NCBI GenBank assembly: GCA_051530055.1
Contig: CM121342.1
Coordinates: forward strand, 5,889,489 to 5,953,488
Direction of reading: 5' to 3'
DNA: 64,000 nt
From: Neoechinorhynchus agilis
Lineage: Eukaryota > Animalia > Acanthocephala
Below, in pieces: positions 1 to 12,812 of the stretch. Position numbers and translations under genes: made by a program. Position 1 is the stretch's first letter. Each line of letters starts with the position of its first letter. The notes under the pieces were generated by a model. It made no database searches and was not told the DNA's origin. It worked only from the letters and a program-made list of their open reading frames with translations.

Positions 1-3000
1 AACTATACGAAATAAACGAAATAAAGGAAGAAAACGTTCAAATGCGAAAACTGAACAAATCGCGGATATTGTAAATTTATCCTTTTTCGTATCTTTTTGT
101 ACAAGAAAGAAAGCATAAAATTAAATATTCCCGGATTATTTTAAGCTCCTATAAAGAAAACAACGACACTTCAAATTGTTTTAGTCGAATTTACGTTCAA
201 TGCGAGTGCGGCAACCAGAAAGAGAACTATACGAAATAAACGAAATAAACGAAGAAAACGTTCAAATACGAAAACTGAACAAATCGCGGATATTGTAAAT
301 TTATCCTTTTTCGTATCTTTTTGTACAAGAAAGAAAGCATAAAATTAAATATTCCCGGATTATTTTAAGCTCCTATAAAGAAAACAACGACACTTCAAAT
401 TGTTTTAGTCGAATTTACGTTCAATGCGAGTGCGGCAACCAGAAAGAGAACTATACGAAATAAACGAAGAAAACGTTCAAATGCGAAAACTGAACAAATC
501 GCGGATATTGTAAATTTATCCTTTTTCGTACCTTTTTGTACAAGAAAGAAAGCATAAAATTAAATATTCCCGGATTATTTTAAGCTCCTATAAAGAAAAC
601 AACGACACTTCAAATTGTTTTAGTCGAATTTACGTTCAATGCGAGTGCGGCAACCAGAAAGAGAACTATACGAAATAAAGGAAGAAAACGTTCAAATGCG
701 AAAACTGAACAAATCGCGGATATTGTAAATTTATCCTTTTTCGTACCTTTTTGTACAAGAAAGAAAGCATAAAATTAAATATTCCCGGATTATTTTAAGC
801 TCCTATAAAGAAAACAACGACACTTCAAATTGTTTTAGTCGAATTTACGTTCAATGCGAGTGCGGCAACCAGAAAGAGAACTATACGAAATAAACGAAAT
901 AAACGAAGAAAACGTTCAAATACGAAAACTGAACAAATCGCGGATATTGTAAATTTATCCTTTTTCGTACCTTTTTGTACAAGAAAGAAAGCATAAAATT
1001 AAATATTCCCGGATTATTTTAAGCTATAAAGAAAACAACGACACTTCAAATTGTTTTAGTCGAATTTACGTTCAATGCGAGTGCGGCAACCAGAAAGAGA
1101 AAACGAAATAAACGAAGAAAACGTTCAAATACGAAAACTGAACAAATCGCGGATATTGTAAATTTATCCTTTTTCGTACCTTTTTGTACAAGAAAGAAAG
1201 CATAAAATTAAATATTCCCGGATTATTTTAAGCTCCTATAAAGAAAACAACGACACTTCAAATTGTTTTAGTCGAATTTACGTTCAATGCGAGTGCGGCA
1301 ACCAGAAAGAGAACTATACGAAATAAACGAAATAAACGAAGAAAACGTTCAAATGCGAAAACTGAACAAATCGCGGATATTGTAAATTTATCCTTTTTCG
1401 TACCTTTTTGTACAAGAAAGAAAGCATAAAATTAAATATTCCCGGATTATTTTAAGCTCCTATAAAGAAAACAACGACACTTCAAATTGTTTTAGTCGAA
1501 TTTACGTTCAATGCGAGTGCGGCAACCAGAAAGAGAACTATACGAAATAAACGAAATAAACGAAGAAAACGTTCAAATACGAAAACTGAACAAATCGCGG
1601 ATATTGTAAATTTATCCCGTATCTTTTTGTACAAGAAAGAAAGCATAAAATTAAATATTCCCGGATTATTTTAAGCTCCTATAAAGAAAACAACGACACT
1701 TCAAATTGTTTTAGTCGAATTTACGTTCAATGCGAGTGCGGCAACCAGAAAGAGAACTATACGAAATAAACGAAATAAACGAAGAAAACGTTCAAATACG
1801 AAAACTGAACAAATCGCGGATATTGTAAATTTATCCTTTTTCGTATCTTTTTGTACAAGAAAGAAAGCATAAAATTAAATATTCCCGGATTATTTTAAGC
1901 TATAAAGAAAACAACGACACTTCAAATTGTTTTAGTCGAATTTACGTTCAATGCGAGTGCAGCAACCAGAAAGAGAAATAAACGAAATAAACGAAGAAAA
2001 CGTTCAAATACGAAAACTGAACAAATCGCGGATATTGTAAATTTATCCTTTTTCGTATCTTTTTGTACAAGAAAGAAAGCATAAAATTAAATATTCCAGG
2101 ATTATTTTAAGCTCCTATAAAGAAAACAACGACACTTCAAATTGTTTTAGTCGAATTTACGTTCAATGCGAGTGCGGCAACCAGAAAGAGAACTATACGA
2201 AATAAACGAAGAAAACGTTCAAATGCGAAAACTGAACAAATCGCGGATATTGTAAATTTATCCTTTTTCGTACCTTTTTGTACAAGAAAGAAAGCATAAA
2301 ATTAAATATTCCCGGATTATTTTAAGCTCCTATAAAGAAAACAACGACACTTCAAATTGTTTTAGTCGAATTTACGTTCAATGCGAGTGCGGCAACCAGA
2401 AAGAGAACTATACGAAATAAACGAAAAAAACGTTCAAATGCGAAAACTGAACAAATCGCGGATATTGTAAATTTATCCTTTTTCGTACCTTTTTGTACAA
2501 GAAAGAAAGCATAAAATTAAATATTCCCGGATTATTTTAAGCTCCTATAAAGAAAACAACGACACTTCAAATTGTTTTAATTTACGTTCAATGCGAGTGC
2601 GGCAACCAGAAAGAGAACTATACGAAATAAACGAAAAAAACGTTCAAATACGAAAACTGAACAAATCGCGGATATTGTAAATTTATCCTTTTTCGTACCT
2701 TTTTGTACAAGAAAGAAAGCATAAAATTAAATATTCCCGGATTATTTTGAGCTCTATAAAGAAAACAACGACACTTCAAATTGTTTTAGTCGAATTTACG
2801 TTCAATGCGAGTGCGGCAACCAGAAAGAGAAAACGAAATAAACGAAGAAAACGTTCAAATACGAAAACTGAACAAATCGCGGATATTGTAAATTTATCCT
2901 TTTTCGTATCTTTTTGTACAAGAAAGAAAGCATAAAATTAAATATTCCCGGATTATTTTGAGCTATGAAGAAAACAACGACGCTTTCAAATTGTTTTACT

Positions 3001-3135
3001 CGAATTTACGTTCAATGCGAGTGCGGCAACCAGAAAGAGAACTATACGAAATAAACGAAAAAAACGTTCAAATGCGAAAACTGAACAAATCGCGGATATT
3101 GCAAATTTATCCTTTTTCGTACCTTTTTGTACAAC
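1..3135. repeat. Tandem satellite, ~215-224 bp unit, ~14 copies, runs off the window start
   Basis: Unit aactatacgaaataaacg...gcaaccagaaagag recurs at 1, 225, 449, 664 and onward; units differ mainly by one or two copies of a 9-bp gaaataaac motif. ORFs here are repeat shadows. Confidence 0.97.
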
Positions 3136-3299
3136 AAGAAAACGAGAAATAAGTTTCATAGTTGAATTTGGACCAAAAAACAAATAACAGCCTTCCCTTT
3201 AATTTATCTCTTAATCTTTTGTGTGAAGATTCCGGTAGCGAGCAGGTACTCGTCAATGATTGCAAACAGACTCACCCATGGTAGCGAGAATTCATAACT

Positions 3300-3960
3300 C
3301 GTTAATTTCAGATTCTCGTGACTTCGTGAACCGAACTGGATTACAGGCAGTCTCTACAAGAGAATCGGGTGCTTGGCTCAACGCTATCCCAATCGCTTTT
3401 GTGGGTACCCTCCGAGGAGACAGTAAGGATTGCAGTGTCCCTGAGACTTGGGGCGACCGTGGAACCATCGGGACGCCATGGTCTCGTCTGTCGGCAATCA
3501 GGAGGAAGGTACACCCTCGACACGCCGAAGTGAACGCCTGTGAATGCGCCCAACATCCTAGAGCTGAGCAATCTTTGCCGACTCGATGGCTGTAAACCGG
3601 GCGGTGTCGCAGTATTCCCGTGGCGACAAGGCAAAGTCCTTCTCGGCGAAGCCACGTTCGCGGTCAGCAACATAAAATTCGCCACTATTAAATCAGGGGA
3701 GCAGCATCAGCCGCAGAGGAACGCAAATGGACAAAATACGGGGACCTGAGTCGAAATCATTATTTTGTTCCCTTTGGCGTCGAGACGCTCGGGTCGTTTG
3801 GTACCGCGGCGCAGGACCTGGTCAAGGAATTGTCCAAGAGATTGAGACCAATCACTGGCGATCCGAGATCAGGAGCATTCCTCCTACAGAACATAATTCT
3901 GGCTCAAACGCTGCTTCTGTTCTTTCGACCGTAACACCAGGACGACAGCTGAGTAATCCA
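3300..3960 (+). mobile_element. Decayed CRE-clade (RLE) non-LTR retrotransposon, 3' fragment
   Basis: Frameshifted motifs RESGAWLNAIP..GTL, RH..VN, DG.KP.G..VFPW..GK..L typical of the CCHC/RLE C-terminus of CRE elements. Confidence 0.7.
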
Positions 3961-4075
3961 GAAAGGCGGTGGTGTGAACGATTTCATGTAGAAAATAGGT
4001 GAAATAATTTTTTTTAAATTAGCAGCTATATTTTTAAGAAAGTTTTTTATTTGGTAATTTATGATTAAGGGTTGA

Positions 4076-4120
4076 ACGTCCAGTGCGAATCTAGCACTAT
4101 CAAAGATTCGCACTGGACGT
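4076..4120. repeat. Perfect 17-bp inverted repeat with 11-nt loop
   Basis: acgtccagtgcgaatct (4076-4092) is the exact reverse complement of agattcgcactggacgt (4104-4120). Confidence 0.9.
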
Positions 4121-4539
4121 GCCGAAAACAATCGATTTAATAAATTCATTTAAGAGTTTCCGCCATAAACAAACATCAACAATTCAATCTTCAAACGGAA
4201 TTATTACGATCGACACTGATCGATTGAATTATGCGCGTGTCTGCCATTTCATCCTAGAAACCAAAATTAGACTAAATCTACAAGTTCTATAGTTCAATTT
4301 AGACTAAAAAACAAATGGAAGCCTTCCATTTAATGGATTTTCTTCAATTGTAAGTTCAAATATGTAAAATGCCTTGAAGCAAGCGCTCTCTAGTCTTGTG
4401 CACTCGACCCTAGAGTAGAATTCCGCTTTGCCGGCAAAAACACTGGTCGTATGTACGAGTTTCATGAGCATTTAATGCGCTATGGGATGCGGTTGAGCAA
4501 ACCGATTTCGTCAGCTGAGTTTGTACATTCCGTAGTAGT

Positions 4540-4715
4540 GTCGAGGAGGTCCAGTGGACTCGTGCCTCGGATCCCTGTTTCAGGGTCAATGGGTTCGAAT
4601 CCACGATTGCCAATGACACACAACCAAAGGGAACGAAATACCTCGATGAAGGGAGGAAACTCACTGATGAGCCCCGCCTCCCCGGGAGGTATCTGAGGAT
4701 CCGGAGGAATGTACA
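4540..4715 (+). mobile_element. tRNA-derived SINE-like element, most complete copy, carrying a permuted hammerhead motif
   Basis: A-box-like aggtccagtgg at 4547-4557 and B-box gggttcgaatcc at 4591-4602 with tRNA-like spacing; body homologous to 12705-12812 (+), 52095-52203 (-) and 49043-49060 (-). Confidence 0.75.
4629..4697 (+). ncRNA. Candidate non-circularly permuted hammerhead ribozyme
   Basis: C-GAA-ATACCTC (4634-4644), CTCA-CTGATGA-G (4660-4671), GAGGTAT-C-TGAG (4686-4697): complete conserved core, stem III 7 bp, stem I 4 bp, AUC cleavage triplet; stem II weak in this copy. Confidence 0.7.
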
Positions 4716-6789
4716 AACTCTTAACGTTTCATCCGAGTTTAAATGGTAACATCACCTCTCTGATGTAAAACAAAGTTTCTCCGACCGCCGAAAGTGCTAA
4801 TTCACATCAATAGAAAAAAAGCATTATGGGGTCTTTAAAGTCTTTTCATTTTTACAAGGATGGATCATAGTCCGACTGCTGAAAAAAGATAGTAGTTGAT
4901 AAATTTTGACTAGTCTAAAACAGTAGAAATTTATAGAATGCCAAAGATGATCGCCTTTGTTGTGCTACAAAACTTCTTTGTGCAAATCATCGTCTTTTCT
5001 CGTAGATTTAAACAAGAGTTTGTGAATCACATTTTGCTCTTAATCGTGCTTTAGGAATGCGTAGTAACAAAAGTGAACGTAGTATCCTATTTTTCTTCAA
5101 TGGTGAATTCAACAATCCCCATTTTTATTATTGTCACAATGACAACGAAAAAACCGAATACTTTTATCATTGTGGTTTTTTAACCGACTAAAAAACCGAC
5201 GATCTAAAACAAAATCTACTTTTATTATCTCTAAATTTTTCGCTACGAATTTTATAGCTTCTTAAAATAATGATGGACACTTGAGGGTTTGCTGGACAAG
5301 GCTGTAGGATAAAATATAATTTTAAGAGAAGCGCTTGTATAAAACCTGCAATGATGAGAAATATTTTATTTTTAGGCGATTTCGAATCAAGAATCTTCCG
5401 CTAAACCATCGTTATCCAACTTTCCGAGTACATCCAAGAGACCTGCCTCTCGTAGGACGGCATGAATTTGTGCTTCCCCCAACTCGTCATCAGTCTAAAC
5501 GAGGATCGATATTATACGGGGCTCGACAATATTCCGGGAATTTAAAAAATAATCGCGGTGAGTCGTGGCAATTTAAAACGATTGCCCCTTGCAATTATAT
5601 TTATGATCGCGAACAACTCAATTAGGCCCGTTATTCGTTCAAGGACTCGGTCAGTAATATTTTGCGTGCGAATGGAGGTACCTGTTGGATTTCACGGATT
5701 TTTTCGCAATCTGTTAGAATTTTCGATAAGTGTGAATTTAAACTATACGTGGAAACGACTTGAAAACTGTGTCATCGTATCACAATTTAGCTAATGCTTC
5801 TAAATTATTTTATCATGTACCTACCTGAAATGTTGCGTTAGAATACAGATTTTTAGCCTCGAATCCACTTGCTTCTGTCTGCGTCGTTTGAGCATCGATG
5901 AACGTCTTGGCATCAACCTGTTCAAGATTATAATCTTCATGACGTTGAGCCTTGATTCCATTCGGTTTTCCGTTCGATGTCTGTGATCCGTTTGGGTGAA
6001 TTCCATATTGATCATCGAGAACAGAAAGCTCAACGAATTCTGGCTGAATATCTAACCGATAATCCTCACGTCCTTTACCAATGGGACGCACATTGATCCC
6101 AGGTGGATGATTAAAGAAGGAGCTTCCGTCTGCTTTGATATTATTCAACTGGAGAGCGGCCAAATCAATGTCCACCATTTCATCCGAAAAGGCTTGTTGT
6201 CCAACTAAAGACTGTAAATATTCTGAAGATCAGGACAAGTGAGGCTAGCAACAATTCTGGTCTTCAGTTCACTGATCAGACTCAAAGCGAGTCATCGGTT
6301 CTTCTATCTGTTGTTGTGCCGTAACACTGGAAAAATATCGTTTAAAATTTCTTAATACGAATGGTAAGCACACTCACTCGACCATTTGCTGACTGAATTT
6401 CGGCGCCTCGGGATATATTTGATTAAACATTAATTCCAATGGATCCTTGTGACCGTTCATTTTAGTTTCGTTGTATTTGGCTTGAGATTTCATACTTCGT
6501 GTAAGGAAATGCGTACCAGCTTCTGTGATATACGCAAAGATCTTCTTGTACGACAATGAGTCATAAAGTGGAACAAACAGTCTTGAAAAAAAAGAACTTG
6601 TGTAAGTATACATAAAGTAGTGAAATTAGGGACTTATGATTCATCTAAATAGTGCCCTTTCACCCAAGAAAACCTGAGATGTATAATGCCGGAGCACTTG
6701 CCGGCTCGAGTGGTTTTGAAAAATCGATGATTTTGCTTCGACTATGCCAATCCGAAGATAATCGTGGACCTCCCGAATAACGGAAATAA

Positions 6790-9700
6790 AAGTCAGCAAC
6801 GAATTATTTGACCAAATAAAAATTACAACATGCTGTCAATTAATGACGACGCTTTAAATAGCCTTCTAAATATCGAGCAATTCTTTGTGGGTTGATCTAG
6901 ATTTTATCGTCAATTTTTCATATCGTCATTGTATTCATTTCACTGCATTTACAAAACCAACACAGTAAAAGATAAAGATCAAAAAGCGATGATAAAATCA
7001 ATTTGAAATTTCATAAATTTAAAGAGCATGAGGTCGCATCGTCTGGTTCGTGGCGTTTACAAATCTAAGATCGAAACCAAGAATCGCCATAAATTTTCCG
7101 ATATTATCCATTGAATTTTAAGCAATAACAAAAATCTGTGATTTCTTGTTCATCGAGATATTCCACGCTCCTCAATCTTCATTATTACTCATTGAAGAAT
7201 AAAACCCGTTGAGAACCATGGAATCGTATATTCGTTGCAGGTGGATAAAAAGTTTGCATTTTGCAGGCGTGTCAATGAAGAGTTCTACCAATTATTCATA
7301 TTGCTCATTGAGTTATTTTGCGACGTTAACCTTCTATAAAAACTAGACATAAAAAACTCTTTCCTAAATTTTTACTTCACATCGAAAAAGGAATATCTAC
7401 AATGGCAAAACTTCTTTATCCTCTCCTATTTTGCCCGTTCAAAATGTGCGACTGGCTCTATAAACTCCTCATTTAACTTTTAGTATAATAAAAAGTTTAC
7501 AAATGGAGTTGGGGAGTTCAGGAGGTGTGCATAGGAGCAAGTCTTTTATATACAATCGAGAAATACTTCAGAGCAACGCCTGAGACGAACACTGACTTTT
7601 CTCCTAATAAATAGACGAATTTTTCATTGTATGTGGCGCATATTTTTTTTACGAATAGCAGAATAGATTCAGCAATGAATGATTTTACCAAACTAAAATT
7701 ATAATATGCGATCCAATTAATCATGACACAACGAATCGAAACCTAAAAAATATCAACCAATTTTTTCCTGTGAATGGCCTCAGACAGTCGATCTGGGACA
7801 GATCTCTCGTCGCGAGAGCTCACAGCTATCTACTTTCAGGTTCTCGCCATGGGGTCGTCCGAGCTATATTGTTGGCAGTTTCAACAGGAGAATCGGGGTT
7901 CCTCCGGCATCCGTGGGAACTCTTCTTACTGATGAGGTAACGAGGATCGCAGTATCCTTAAGACTTGGTCTTGGGGCGACACGGTCTCGTTTGCCGAAAG
8001 TCAGGATGAAAGTTCTCACGCCATTCTGAGATCAGCAGCGTAATTTCTCGGGCGTTGAGAACGGCGAACTTCCCCAACATCTTGGAACCCGCCCACCTCT
8101 GTAGACTAGACGGTCGTCGACCTGACGGAATTTCGGTCTTTCCGTGGCGGGAGGGCGAACGCTTTCTCTAGGACACAACGTCCATTGCAGTAAGCAACAT
8201 TTCCTACTTTCTCGAAATCGATGGAGGTGCAGCGGAATGGAGGAAGGTACGAAAATATAGAGAATTAGCAAGGACCCACTATTTTGTCCCCATTTGGAGT
8301 AGAGACGTATGGAGCGCTTGGCAGCTCGGCACTCTGCTCCATGATCTCTCGAAGAATTTGAGAGAAACGACCGGCGACGCACGAGCAGGTGTATTCCTTC
8401 GACAAAATATCTCGCTCGCAGTACAACGGGGCAATGCTGGCAGCCTGATGGCGACGGTCGGGAAAGGAGAAGCTCCAATTTTGCGGACGGTGGTGATTGC
8501 ATGTTTTGTTCTTTATTGTTAGATTGCAGTTGTGCAAAAAAATAATTGAAACTTTGCTTTCGTAAAAAAATTCTTCTTTGTTAATTTTAGACGGTGTTCA
8601 CAATAAATTATCCTCAGTTTTTCAATTCCTCATAGTATTCGTTTCAATGCATCTTAAAGGCTATACCGTTGTAAAGAAATTCAGATCTCAAAACTCAGAT
8701 AAAATCAATTTGAAATTTCATAAACTTAATGAGCATGAGCTGGCAATCTAGTCCTAAGTGTCTAATAACTTACGCCCGAAACTCAACATTTTTATCGCAA
8801 TAAATAAATTTCTGGTATTGACGGTTGACTATAACGCAAGCACAAAATTTTTTGTTCATGCAGACATTGAAACTAACGCAATCTTCATTATTTTTTGAAG
8901 AAAGTATCATTGAGAACTATTGAATCGAAAATTCATCGGAGGTTGATAAAAAAGCCTGCAGTTGGCGGCCGTGTCAATGAGATGTTTTACCAGTTATTCA
9001 TATTGCTCACTGCCTCCTTTTGCGATGTTAGCCTCTATAAAAGTAACATAAAAAGCCTTTCAAAAATTTGAAACTCACATCGAAAAATAAGAAAATCTCC
9101 AATGGAAAAACTTTTTTTGCCCCTCCTATATTGCCCATTCAGGATGTGTGATTGGCTTTATAAACTACTATTTAAAGTTATCTATTAATAAAGAGTTCAC
9201 AAATGGAGTTGCGGACCTCAGCAGTTATGCATAACAGCAAGACTTTTATTAACAACCAAGAAAAACTTCATAAATGGACCTGCAACGAACACTAACTTCG
9301 CTCTTAATAAATCGACGAATTTTCGATTGCATGTGGCGAAAATTTTTTTACGAATAACATAATAAATTTAGCAACGAATTATTTGACCAAATAAAAATTA
9401 CAACATGCTGTCAATTAATGACGACGCTTTAAATAGCCTTCTAAATATCGAGCAATTCTTTGTGGGTTGATCTAGATTTTATCGTCAATTTTTCATATCG
9501 TCATTGTATTCATTTCACTGCATTTACAAAACCAACACAGTAAAAGATAAAGATCAAAAAGCGATGATAAAATCAATTTGAAATTTCATAAATTTAAAGA
9601 GCATGAGGTCGCATCGTCTGGTTCGTGGCGTTTACAAATCTAAGATCGAAACCAAGAATCGCCATAAATCTTCCGATATTATCCATTGAATTTTAAGCAA

Positions 9701-10790
9701 TCACAAAAATCTGTGATTTCTTGTTCATCGAGATATTCCACGCTTCCCGTATAACGGAAAAAAGTCAGCAATAAATTATTTTAAAAAATTTTAATTTGCG
9801 ATTGCATTAATTACGATACTGCGAATCGCCGTCATAACATCAAGCAATTCTTTGTAGTAAATTTTTGAAAGTATTGATTAAAAATCTATCCTTAACTTTT
9901 CGTATCGTTGTTGAATTCATTTCACCGCATTTACAGAACCAATACCGTTCGAGTAAATTAAAGATATACAGGAAAATACAAAATTAATTTGAAATTTAAC
10001 AAATTTCACGAGAATCAGCTAGCTGGTCAGTGACGTTTATTTATTAACGCCCGGAACCAGGAATCTTCATCGCCATTAAAATTTTCTTCATGGTGACATT
10101 CCACGCTCCTCAATCTTAATTATTTCTCTTTGAAGGAAATGTCTCGTAGAGGACAATGGAATCGAATCATCTTCGGGGTGGATAAAAAGGTTTCTATTTC
10201 GCGGGCGTATCAATGAGTGGTTCTACCATTTATTCGTATTACTCATTGCTTCCTTTTGCGACGTTACTTCTCTATAAAAGGCAACCATCAATATCCTTCA
10301 CTTCACCTTCACATCGAAAAAGAACATCGGTAATGTTTAGTACACTTTTAGTAGCTCTGTGCCCGTTATATTTTCCGCCATGGATCGGCATTCGAGTCTA
10401 TAGACTCCTTTCTGCACTTCTCTTATAATGTAAAGTACACAAACGGAATTGCGGAGTTCAGGAATTAAGTCACAGGATCAAGTTTTTTCATTTACAACCA
10501 AGCAAAACCTAAGAGCAGGACTCTAAACAAACAGTGACTTTAATTCGAATAAATTTACGAATTTTTGATTGCATGTGGCGCATAATATTTCCGAATAACA
10601 AAATAAATTATTTTACAAAACAAAAATTACATTTGTGATTCAATTAATGACGAAACTGGGAATCGTCGTTTAAATATAAAGGAATTCTTCGTAGTGTTTT
10701 TGGCCGTATTGATTTGGATTTTATCCACAATTATTCATATCGTCATCGTATTCGTTTCACCGAATTTACACAGCCAATACGGTAATAGAG
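6790..10790. repeat. Tandem cluster of diverged ~0.9-kb paralogous units, possibly decayed coding repeats
   Basis: Blocks such as caaatggagtt and gcatgtggcg recur at 7.5, 9.2 and 10.4 kb with substantial divergence; 6790-7165 is nearly identical to 9370-9745; interrupted by insertions at ~7790-8530. Confidence 0.7.
7830..7985 (+). mobile_element. Short CRE-clade fragment
   Basis: Translates as RAILLAVSTGESG..ASVGTLLTDEVTRIAVSLRLG, matching the 3.3 and 18.3 kb fragments. Confidence 0.55.
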
Positions 10791-10809
10791 AAATTGGGAT
10801 CTAAATAAA

Positions 10810-12090
10810 ATATTAACACCTTTATTTGTTACTTAACAAGAATTTGACTCTTGTACTTTTGGGTCCCAATAAACACTCAAGTAAAGAGTTGTTCAAAGAA
10901 TGCGGTTGTTGATTGTTGAGTATATTACGGGTTCAGTCGGATAATAATAACCGGCCAGGGGATGTCCGTTCGGATCGGGATTGACCTTGTGACGTGAAGT
11001 CTTTCCTCAAGTTCATTTCGGGACATGAAATCCGAGAAGATCGGGCAGTATAGGAAAAAGGAGCAAAAGTAGAGGAGGATGAAATGAATTGGGACTGAGA
11101 GTGTTGTGCTCACGTGAAAAGTTGAAGATATGTTGTAAAAATTGTGGTGGTATGGTTGAGAGGCGTTTTGGTTAATTGTTAAAAATTTTATTCGTGCATT
11201 CGGTGCGAGGGGGAAAATCAGCTGTGCAAATTTTAGATGCTCTTTTATTAAACATTTCAAGGCAACGGATCAGCGATTTGGAAAGGTTGCAAAATACGGG
11301 GTAACCATAGGTGAGTGAGGGTAAAATAAAGCTGAAGTAAAATTTGGAGAGATCAGGTGAAAGGATTCTTAAATTGCCGTGGCGTTTAAGGAGGTTAATT
11401 TTTAAGGTATTGCGCTCGAGGGAGAGTGAAATGTGCGAGTCCCATTTCAGGTTTGATTGAAATTGGACACCAATAATTCTTAAGTAGGTGACTCGTTGGA
11501 TGTCATTTGGAACCTCGCAGTAGGATATAAGGTTTAGGGGATCATTTCGAAGCATTTGGAGAAATTCAGGTGGAGCTTGTGATTGGTGCAGAAATCCTTT
11601 ATGCGTTTGATTTCGTTAGAGGTTAAGGAAAAGGAGAGGTGGTGATTGAGTGATGAGGGTGAGATTTTCGGCGTACAAGAATAGTTTAGAGTTAGACGTG
11701 AGGTTGAAGTTCGTTAAGGTAAATATTAAAGAGAAGTGGTGACCGGGCAGCACCTTGAAGCACGCCTTTGGTGCGCGATAGACTGATCAATCAATCATTT
11801 ACATCGACAGGGAATGTATTGTTTGCGATTGTGAAGATAAGCGGCAGACCAAAATCGGAGCAGGCCCGGAGAAAGAGTGAATGGTCCACGGAGTCGAATG
11901 CTTTCGATAAATCAAGTTGAATGAGACAGGTGATGTGAGAGGGATTATTGTTGGGGTTGCGTAGAAGTGTGTCATAAATGCAAAGTAGGACATCGGTTGC
12001 AGAAAACGTGGGCCGGAAAGCGAATTGTAGGGGCGATAAATTGTTGTTGAGAAGTGAAAGAAGGCGAGTTTTAAAGCATTTTCAGATTGT
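10810..12090 (-). mobile_element. Decayed APE-type LINE (CR1/L2-like), RT and 3' end
   Basis: Minus-strand LQFAFRPTFS.TD.LL..YD..QLDLSKAFDSVDHSL at ~11870-12050; LRIIGVQFQSNLKWDSHI and FILPSLTYGYPVF in ORF 11172-11555; second copy at 28.6-31.8 kb. Confidence 0.8.
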
Positions 12091-12704
12091 CAATGTGGAA
12101 TTTGAAATTTCATAACCTTAACGAAAATAAGCTTGCGCGTTCTAGTTCGTAACTTGGAATATTTATCGATGTCAATTTTTACCTCATTATCGGTTGTCGT
12201 TGAAGCTAGAACAAAAGAATGCATTATTTTTTGTCCACGAATACGACTTGTAGCACCGAGATTATGTACCATACTTATTAGCGATTTACAGAGAAAATCA
12301 AAAGGCGAAAGTCTTAGAAATATCTAAAAAAAATCTAACGATAATATATTATTAAGGATTAATAAAAAAAATTTCAAAAGTAAAACAATTTTCTCCGCCA
12401 GTAAACCATTCAATGAAAACTTCGAAGCTGCTTATTAAATGATAGTCCTAGCAAAACTTTCAACATTTCTTCGTTTAGTTAAAAACTCGGTTATGCGGCA
12501 CAGATGTCTTTTATTTTGCTTTTAATTTTTAATTGGCACTGGGGAAAACACTCCTCGATAATAAAGTTGGAATGTTTTCTTAATTCTAAGATGAAATATT
12601 AAAATTTTTATGGGAAACAAATATTTTCCTTTTTCGTAGTGACATCACCCCTTGGATTTAAATTCACTGATTTCCTATATCACGTCGATAACCTCAGCAT
12701 TTCC

Positions 12705-12812
12705 TCAATGTTCGAATCCGTTACCGCCGATGATGCAAAACTAAAGGGGGGCGAAATACTGCCTCTCCTCGGGAGGTATCTGAGAATCCGGAGGGATTCT
12801 TACAAACTTACA
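12705..12812 (+). mobile_element. SINE-like copy 2, 5'-truncated and internally deleted
   Basis: B-box gttcgaatcc at 12710; ggggggc-GAA-ATAC joined directly to gcctctcctcgg-GAGGTAT-C-tgag; the CTGATGA strand is deleted. Confidence 0.7.

Noticed and set aside
1-3135. CRISPR-like array or hammerhead in the first satellite (GAA-AACGTT-C motif)
   Set aside because: Units are near-identical with no unique spacers and no cas genes; no CUGANGA core or stems I and II accompany the GAA-palindrome motif
5335-6613. Possible genes in ORFs 5335-5625 (+), 5813-6178 (-) and 6374-6613 (-)
   Set aside because: Splice-like signals exist, but I could not join the ORFs into one stop-free model or recognise a family
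8032-8537. GC-richer ORFs inserted in the 0.9-kb repeat cluster
   Set aside because: Probably a mobile-element fragment, but there is no diagnostic motif
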